Assembly: GCA_002104945.1 (NCBI GenBank)
Contig: MCFH01000165.1
Coordinates: 1 to 22,215, forward strand
DNA: 22,215 nt
From: Piromyces finnis finn
Taxonomy: Eukaryota > Fungi > Neocallimastigomycota
Direction of reading: 5' to 3'
Positions 11,048-22,215 of the stretch are shown piece by piece. The position numbers were made by a program, and so were the translations under genes. The notes below the pieces were generated by a model, which was not told the DNA's origin, made no database searches, and saw nothing but the letters and a program-made list of their open reading frames with translations. Positions within the stretch are counted from its first letter, which is position 1, and every line of letters starts with the position of its first letter.

Positions 11048-12078
11048 TGTAAAAGTTTTACTAAACTTATAATTTAATATTAAAATATCAAATTAAATAA
11101 AAGGTTAAAAGATAACTAGGTTAGAAAAAAAATGTTTTATTAAAATAATCTTAATTGATTTATAAATGAATAATTATATTATGTATTATAGTTAAAATAA
11201 TTCCTTTTTATTTTATTTAAAGAATATATATAATAATAAGATTATTTAATAGTAATACTTATTAAGTATTAATAAGATAATAATCTTTACAAAGATTTAA
11301 TTCATAAAACTATTCTAAACTATTTATACTATTTGTAATTTTACATTTAATACTAAAATAACTTTTTAGTACATGATTATATTCATAATATATTTTATAA
11401 TACTAAAACTAAACTTAAGACTTATTACTAATTATTAAAAATAACTATTGTTTATATATTTATAATATTAATTATTTCTTAATTATAATATAATTCATTG
11501 CATATAATTTTAATAATTATAATCTTTTAATTCAAAGATTATAAGTTATGTTATTGAAATAATTATTATAAAATAAAGTTAATTAATTCCGGAAAATAAT
11601 TTTAATTTAATTAAAACAATAATTTATATCCTTTTGGGTGAATGATTTATGTCAATACATCAGGGGTGATCATTCTCTGAATAAACAATTAATCATTACT
11701 AACAAAATATCTTTAAATTGAAATATCTCGTGAACCAGCAGAGATATTGACCTGATTTTAAGATATGTTGTTTGTCTCGAGCGTGGCTTTCTAACGAACT
11801 TAATTATAACCAAAATATTATTATTCAAAAATCGTCATTCGTTGAGGAGATACGCGTGTTTTTTCTTATTCCATTTTAACGATAAGGGTTAAAGTTATTT
11901 ATTATAAAAATTATTAAGGGTTAAGGTCATATTTTAACCTTTTCTAAATTTTTAAATATTTCTTAATAAAATTTTATAATTTATTTGAAAATAAAATATT
12001 TGTTGATTTTGAATTTTCATAAGTGATTTCACAATTCCAAGTGATCTTGAAATTGTAATTTCACTAGTATTCGTGACA
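11048..12078 (+). repeat. ~1.03-kb constant block, variant A
   Basis: As 5478-6508. Confidence 0.93.
11636..11864 (+). ncRNA. Candidate structured non-coding RNA, variant A
   Basis: As 6066-6294. Confidence 0.35.
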
Positions 12079-12143
12079 ATTTTTTCCATGTGTCCAAATT
12101 TTTTAAATTTTTATATATGTTATTGTGACAAAATAACAAAAGT

Positions 12144-12215
12144 GGGGTGTTAGCTCAGCGGTAGAGCAATTGACTGCAGATCAATAGGTCTTCGGTTCAA
12201 ATCCGGAACGCCCCT
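12144..12215 (+). tRNA. trnC: tRNA-Cys (GCA), copy 3
   Basis: Identical to 1004-1075. Confidence 0.97.
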
Positions 12216-12297
12216 TACTTTTAATTTTTTTTTTGTTTTATCAAAGTAATAATTTTATTTTATTAAAGTAATAATTTTGCCATTACCCTTATGTTTG

Positions 12298-13353
<1,056 letters not shown>

Positions 13354-13835
13354 CAAAAATTTGATTTTTGACTCGGTATCCCATTGAAAGTCGAATACAA
13401 TTACTATACTTTAGTATAATAGTGGCTTTCTTACTTTAATTAAAATTACTAGAATATATTATACCCAATTTTTATTCAAGTAATAAATGATTATATTAAA
13501 AAAATCAATTACTAGATAACAAGAAAATAAAAGGTTACATATATTTTTAATTGATACATTAACCGATATATTTTGAATAATAGAATATTTTATTAAATAG
13601 TATGTTCTGGAATATCCTCAATAATATGTTCTTCTAAATTACTTACTTCTTCTGGCTTTTCGGATAAGAAGGTATGAATTAAATAATTATAATTATATGA
13701 TAATTATTTTTATTGAATATAACTTTCTTAGAAATTTTGGGACGTTTAAGTTTAAATTTACGGGATTGACCATTTTTCTTCTATTTTTGTACTAAACTAT
13801 ATAAAATTATTTAATAATTATTTTATAATAAATTT

Positions 13836-14862
13836 TGTAAAAGTTTTACTAAACTTATAATTTAATATTAAAATATTAAATTAAATAAAAGATTAAAGAT
13901 AACTAGGTTAGAAAAAAAATGTTTTATTAAAATAATCTTAATTGCTTTATAAATGAATAATTAAGTTATGTATTATGGTTAAAATAATTTCTTTTATTTT
14001 ATTTAAATAATATATATAATAATAAGATTATTTAATAATAATACTTATTAAGTATTAATAAGATAATAATCTTTACAAAGATTTAATTTCATAAAATTAT
14101 TCTAAACTATTTATACTAATTGTAATTTTACATTTAATAATAAAATAACTTTTTAATACATGATTATATTCATAATATATTTTATAATACTAAAACTAAA
14201 CTTAAGACTTATTACTAATTATTAAAAATAACTATTGTTTATATATTTATAATATTAATTATTTCTTAATTATAATATAATTCATTGCATATAATTTTAA
14301 TAATTATAATCTTTTAATTCAAAGATTATAAGTTATGTTATTGAAATAATTATTATAAAATAAAGTTAATTAATTCCGGAAAATAATTTTAATTTAATTA
14401 AAACAATAATTTATATCCTTTTGGGTGAATGATTTATGTCAATACATCAGGGGTGATCATTCTCTGAATAAACAATTAATCATTACTAACAAAATATCTT
14501 TAAATTGAAATATCTCGTGAACCAGCAGAGATATTGACCTGATTTTAAGATATGTTGTTTATCTCGAGCGTGACTTTCTAACGAACCCACAATCTCCCAA
14601 CCATTATTCAAAAATCGCTATTCGTTAAGGAGATACGCGTGTTTTTCCTTATTTAATTTTGACGATAAGGGTTAAAGTTATTTATTATAAATTTTATTAA
14701 GGGTTAAGGTCATATCTTAACCTTTTCTAAATTTTTTAAATATTTCTTAATATAATTTTATAATTTATTTGAAAATAAAATATTATTGATTTTGAAATTT
14801 TATAAGTAATTTCACAATTTCAAGTGATCTTGAAATTGTAGATTTCACTAGTATTCGTGACA
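13836..14862 (+). repeat. ~1.03-kb constant block, variant B
   Basis: As 2699-3724. Confidence 0.93.
14423..14646 (+). ncRNA. Candidate structured non-coding RNA, variant B
   Basis: As 3283-3506. Confidence 0.35.
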
Positions 14863-16616
14863 AATTTTCTACTAATATCAAATTTATAATATATTTATAA
14901 TTATTATTTATCAGGGTTGATGCGTTGACCGATATATTTGTGAATAATATAATGTTTTTAATAAATAATAAATTCTATATTATTATGATGAAACAATAAA
15001 TTTAAAATAAAATAAAAATATGTTTTATAATTAACAAATAAATCACTCAAAACTCGAAAATAAACTCTTATTATGTTTTAAATTAAATCTTTATTATATT
15101 CTATTTCTATAATTTATTTATTATCTGTTTATTGTCTTTTTTATTCTCTATTTATTGTCCCCCTTTTTATAAAGAAGAATTTTATCTTCCTTTTATACAT
15201 TTTCATTTATTACATGTATTATTATTTTTAACTATTAAATATTATTATTACTATTGCTATTATTTATTAAAATTAAAAGAATAAATTAAAATTATGTCTT
15301 AGTATTATAAAATATTATAGAATATTACTTATTTGATTTTCTTATTACTTCAAAATGTTTAAATTTAGAAAAATTATTATAAATTATCATTGACTATCAT
15401 TAAATGTATAATACCTTGAATAAAATAATTAAAATTTAAAATTAAAATAATATTAAAATAAAATTAAAATAAAATTAAAATAAAAATTTAACAAAATTAA
15501 AATATTAAAAGTATCAATTATTATAAACACTCATTTTATACAGAAACATAAAAGAGTTCTGTATTTTATCTTTGGAATTGTTATTATTGTTCTATTTCCA
15601 GGTTTTAAGTTTGTCATTTTAGTAATAATTACTCAATTAGTTATTTTTTTAATTTATAAGTTTAAGAGTATTTCTAAAGAACACTTGGATAAACACTAGA
15701 ATTAATAATTTGATGTATATCATTTTATTTTTAGTTTATTTATTCATTTTTATTTATTTATTATTATTTTATTATTTTAGTACATTATTGGATTAAGTCG
15801 TTTTATTTATTTAATAATTTATTTTATTTAATAATTTATTTTATTATTATCACTATTAGGTCGTTTTTACTCAGAATTTATTATATAATAAAGATAATAT
15901 TATTTATTTAAAGAAAGGGTTATATTTTCATAAAATTATTATTCATTCATTTTTAAGGATTATTATTGTTTATTTTTATTATAAGTTACTATGGGTTAAG
16001 TCGTGTTTATTCAGCTAGTTTATATCATGTTTTTATATGAGTAGCGTATCAAGGTTGATAAATAATAATTATAAATATATTATACATTTGATATTAGTAG
16101 AATATTTTATTATAAAAATAATTATTAAATAATTTTATATAGTTTAGTACAAAAATATAATTTACATAAAATCAAATATTTTATAAATTTATATATTATA
16201 AAAATCATTTTTAATATAAAGAATAATAATAATTTTTAGTAGAAAATGAGAAGACTTAGATTATTAATAATAAGTTAAATTTTAATAATAGTTAATATAA
16301 TTAATTAGTGAATACATAATAATATTTAAAAGACAAAAATAAGTTTTTATATAATAAAAATTATTGTTAAAAAGAGCGTAAGAACAATAAATAAAAGAAA
16401 ATATAAAAACGAAATTAAACTTGTCTAATTTGTAATTATTGTGTTAATAATAAATAATATTTTATAGAATAAATCTGGTGTTATTATTCTATATAAATAT
16501 TATTAAAATAATAAAACTATTAAAACTATAAAATAACTTAAAATAAATTAATAAAACTAGTAGATATTGTTAAAGCTCGTACAATAGCTGTCGAGATAAA
16601 ACAATATAAGATAACA

Positions 16617-17641
16617 TGTAAAAGTTTTACTAAACTTATAATTTAATATTAAAATATCAAATTAAATAAAAGGTTAAAAGATAACTAGGTTAGAAAAAAA
16701 ATGTTTTATTAAAATAATCTTAATTGATTTATAAATGAATATTATATTATGTATTATAGTTAAAATAATTCCTTTTTATTTTATTTAAAGAATATATATA
16801 ATAATAAGATTATTTAATAGTAATACTTATTAAGTATTAATAAGATAATAATCTTTACAAAGATTTAATTCATAAAACTATTCTAAACTATTTATACTAT
16901 TTGTAATTTTACATTTAATACTAAAATAACTTTTTAGTACATGATTATATTCATAATATATTTTATAATACTAAAACTAAACTTAAGACTTATTACTAAT
17001 TATTAAAATAACTATTGTTATATATTTATAATATTAATTATTTCTTAATTATAATATAATTCATTGCATATAATTTTAATAATTATAATCTTTTAATTCA
17101 AAGATTATAAGTTATGTTATTGAAATAATTATTATAAAATAAAGTTAATTAATTCCGGAAAATAATTTTAATTTAATTAAAACAATAATTTATATCCTTT
17201 TGGGTGAATGATTTATGTCAATACATCAGGGGTGATCATTCTCTGAATAAACAATTAATCATTACTAACAAAATATCTTTAAATTGAAATATCTCGTGAA
17301 CCAGCAGAGATATTGACCTGATTTTAAGATATGTTGTTTGTCTCGAGCGTGGCTTTCTAACGAACTTAATTATAACCAAAATATTATTATTCAAAATCGT
17401 CATTCGTTGAGGAGATACGCGTGTTTTTTCTTATTCCATTTTAACGATAAGGGTTAAAGTTATTTATTATAAAAATTATTAAGGGTTAAGGTCATATTTT
17501 AACCTTTTCTAAATTTTTAAATATTTCTTAATAAAATTTATAATTTATTTGAAATAAAATATTTGTTGATTTTGAATTTTCATAAGTGATTTCACAATTC
17601 CAAGTGATCTTGAAATTGTAATTTCACTAGTATTCGTGACA
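16617..17641 (+). repeat. ~1.03-kb constant block, variant A
   Basis: As 5478-6508. Confidence 0.93.
17202..17429 (+). ncRNA. Candidate structured non-coding RNA, variant A
   Basis: As 6066-6294. Confidence 0.33.
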
Positions 17642-17706
17642 ATTTTTTCCATGTGTCCAAATTTTTTAAATTTTTATATATGTTATTGTGACAAAATAAC
17701 AAAAGT

Positions 17707-17778
17707 GGGGTGTTAGCTCAGCGGTAGAGCAATTGACTGCAGATCAATAGGTCTTCGGTTCAAATCCGGAACGCCCCT
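17707..17778 (+). tRNA. trnC: tRNA-Cys (GCA), copy 4
   Basis: Identical to 1004-1075. Confidence 0.97.
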
Positions 17779-17860
17779 TACTTTTAATTTTTTTTTTGTT
17801 TTATCAAAGTAATAATTTTATTTTATTAAAGTAATAATTTTGCCATTACCCTTATGTTTG

Positions 17861-18910
<1,050 letters not shown>

Positions 18911-19397
18911 CAAAAAATTTGATTTTTGACTCGGTATCCCATTGAAAGTCGAATACAATTACTATACTTTAGTATAAATAGTGGCTTTCTTACTTTAATT
19001 AAAATTACTAGAATATATTATACCCAATTTTTATTCAAGTAATAAATGATTATATTAAAAAAATCAATTACTAGATAACAAGAAAAATAAAAGGTTACAT
19101 ATATTTTTTAATTGATACATTAACCGATATATTTTTGAATAATAGAATATTTTATTAAATAGTATGTTCTGGAATATCCTCAATAATATGTTCTTCTAAA
19201 TTACTTACTTCTTCTGGCTTTTCGGATAAGAAGGTATGAATTAAATAATTATAATTATATGATAATTATTTTTATTGAATATAACTTTCTTAGAAATTTT
19301 GGGACGTTTAAGTTTAAATTTACGGGATTGACCATTTTCTTCTATTTTTGTACTAAACTATATAAAATTATTTAATAATTATTTTATAATAAAATTT

Positions 19398-20425
19398 TGT
19401 AAAGTTTTACCTTAACTTATAATTTAATATTAAAATATTAAATTAAATAAAAGATTAAAGATAACTAGGTTAGAAAAAAAATGTTTTATTAAAATAATTC
19501 TTAATTGCTTTATAAATGAATAATTAAGTTATGTATTATGGTTAAAATAATTTCTTTTTATTTTATTTAAATAATATATATTAATAATAAGATTATTTTA
19601 ATAATAATACTTATTAAGTATTAATAAGATAATAATCTTTACAAAGATTTAATTTCATAAAATTATTCTAAACTATTTATACTAATTGTAATTTTACATT
19701 TAATAATAAAAATAACTTTTTAATACATGATTATATTCATAATATATTTTATAATACTAAAACTAAACTTAAGACTTATTACTAATTATTAAATAAACTA
19801 TTGTTTATATATTTATAATATTAATTTATTTCTTAATTATAATATAATTCATTGCATATATTTAATAATTATAATCTTTTAATTCAAAGATTATAAGTTA
19901 TGTTATTGAAATAATTATTATAAATAAAGTTAATTAATTCCGGAAATAATTTTAATTTAATTAAACAATAATTATATCCTTTTGGGTGAATGATTTATGT
20001 CAATACATCAGGGTGATCATTCTCTGAATAAACAATTAATCATTTACTAACAAAATATCTTTAAATTGAAATATCTCGTGAACCAGCAGAGATATTGACC
20101 TGATTTTAAGATATGTTGTTTATCTCGAGCGTGACTTTCTAACGAACCCACAATCTCCAACCATTATTCAAAAATCGCTATTCGTTAAGGAGATACGCGT
20201 GTTTTTTCCTTATTTAATTTTGACGATAAGGGTTAAAGTTATTTATTATAAATTTTATTAAGGGTTAAGGTCATATCTTAACCTTTTCTAAATTTTTTAA
20301 ATATTTCTTAATATAATTTTATAATTTATTTGAAAATAAAATATTATTGATTTTGAAATTTTATAAGTAATTTTCACAATTTTCAAGTGATCTTGAAATT
20401 GTAGATTTCACTAGTATTCGTGACA
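19398..20425 (+). repeat. ~1.03-kb constant block, variant B
   Basis: As 2699-3724, with more indel noise. Confidence 0.92.
19984..20207 (+). ncRNA. Candidate structured non-coding RNA, variant B
   Basis: As 3283-3506. Confidence 0.33.
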
Positions 20426-22170
20426 AATTTTTCTACTAATATCCAAATTTTATAATATATTTATAATATTATTTATCAGGGTTGATGCGTTGACCGATAT
20501 ATTTGTGAATAATATAATGTTTTTAATAATAATAAATTCTATATTATTATGATGAAACAATAAATTTAAAATAAAATAAAATATGTTTTATAATTAACAA
20601 ATAAATCACTCAAAACTCGAAAATAAACTCTTATTATGTTTTAAATTAAATCTTTATTATATTCTATTTCTATAATTTATTTATTATCTGTTTATTGTCT
20701 TTTTTATTCTCTATTTATTGTCCCCCTTTTTATAAAGAAGAATTTTATCTTCCTTTTATACATTTTCATTTATTACATGTATTATTATTTTTAACTATTA
20801 AATATTATTATTACTATTGCTATTATTTATTAAAATTAAAAGAATAAATTAAAATTATGTCTTAGTATTATAAAATATTATAGAATATTACTTATTTGAT
20901 TTTCTTATTACTTCAAAATGTTTAAATTTAGAAAAATTATTATAAATTATCATTGACTATCATTAAATGTATAATACCTTGAATAAAATAATTAAAATTT
21001 AAAATTAAAATAATATTAAAATAAAATTAAAATAAAATTAAAATAAAAATTTAACAAAATTAAAATATTAAAAGTATCAATTATTATAAACACTCATTTT
21101 ATACAGAAACATAAAAGAGTTCTGTATTTTATCTTTGGAATTGTTATTATTGTTCTATTTCCAGGTTTTAAGTTTGTCATTTTAGTAATAATTACTCAAT
21201 TAGTTATTTTTTTAATTTATAAGTTTAAGAGTATTCTAAAGAACACTTGGATAAACACTAGAATTAATAATTTGATGTATATCATTTTATTTTTAGTTTA
21301 TTTATTCATTTTTATTTATTTATTATTATTTTATTATTTTAGTACATTATTGGATTAAGTCGTTTTATTTTATTTAATAATTTATTTTATTTAATAATTT
21401 ATTTTATTATTATCACTATTAGGTCGTTTTTACTCAGAATTTATTATATAATAAAGATATATTATTTATTTAAAGAAAGGGTTATATTTTCATAAAATTA
21501 TTATTCATTCATTTTTAAGGATTATTATTGTTTATTTTTATTATAAGTTACTATGGGTTAAGTCGTGTTTATTCAGCTAGTTTATTCATGTTTTTATATG
21601 AGTAGCGTATCAAGGTTGATAAATAATAATTATAAATATATTATACATTTGATATTAGTAGAATATTTTATTATAAAAATATTATTAAATAATTTTATAT
21701 AGTTTAGTACAAAAATATAATTTACATAAAATCAAATATTTTATAAATTTATATATTATAAAAATCATTTTTAATATAAAGAATAATAATAATTTTTAGT
21801 AGAAAATGAGAAGACTTAGATTATTAATAATAAGTTAAATTTTAATAATAGTTATATAATTAATTAGTGAATACATAATAATATTTAAAAGACAAAAATA
21901 AGTTTTATATAATAAAAATTATTGTTAAAAGAGCGTAAGAACAATAAATAAAAGAAAATATAAAAACGAAATTAAACTTGTCTAATTTGTAATTATGTGT
22001 TAATAATAAATAATATTTTATAGAATAAATCTGGTGTTATTATTCTATATAAATATTATTAAATAATAAAACTATTAAAACTATAAATAACTTAAAATAA
22101 ATTAATAAAACTAGTAGATATTGTTAAAGCTCGTACAATAGCTGTCGAGATAAAACAATATAAGATAACA

Positions 22171-22215
22171 TGTAAAAGTTTTACTAAATTATAATTTAAT
22201 ATTAAAATATCAAAT
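22171..22215 (+). repeat. Start of a fifth variant-A block (truncated by window edge)
   Basis: TGTAAAAGTTTTACTAAA...AATATCAAAT, carrying the A-diagnostic ATATCAAAT. Confidence 0.9.

Overview
Extremely AT-rich (roughly 85-90% A+T by eye), eukaryotic-looking DNA. The whole window is about 4.0 head-to-tail copies of one ~5,570-bp unit (unit starts at 5478, 11048, 16617, 22171; the first unit is partial). The differences I saw between copies are almost all homopolymer or microsatellite indels, concentrated in the first and last copies. This is what long-read error looks like, so the window is either a homogeneous tandem array or a concatemerised read/contig of a 5.57-kb circle. Each unit is two halves of almost identical size (~2,788 and ~2,782 bp). 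Each half is a shared ~1.03-kb 'constant' block (variants A and B, TGT...ACA ends, several hairpins, a GC-enriched ~215-230-nt structured-RNA-like core ending in oligo-T) followed by a ~1.755-kb unrelated 'cargo'. Cargo 1 holds a cytosolic-type tRNA-Cys(GCA) gene and a ~1.05-kb coding-like region with an (AAT)40 microsatellite; its in-frame stops are TAA/TAG up to a final TGA (TAR=Gln code, or pseudogene/intron-containing gene). Cargo 2 is near-pure AT spacer with short repeated motifs and one arm of a 52-bp inverted repeat. The tRNA and the repeat architecture are certain. The ncRNA, coding and mobile-element readings are hypotheses, and no protein family could be recognised.
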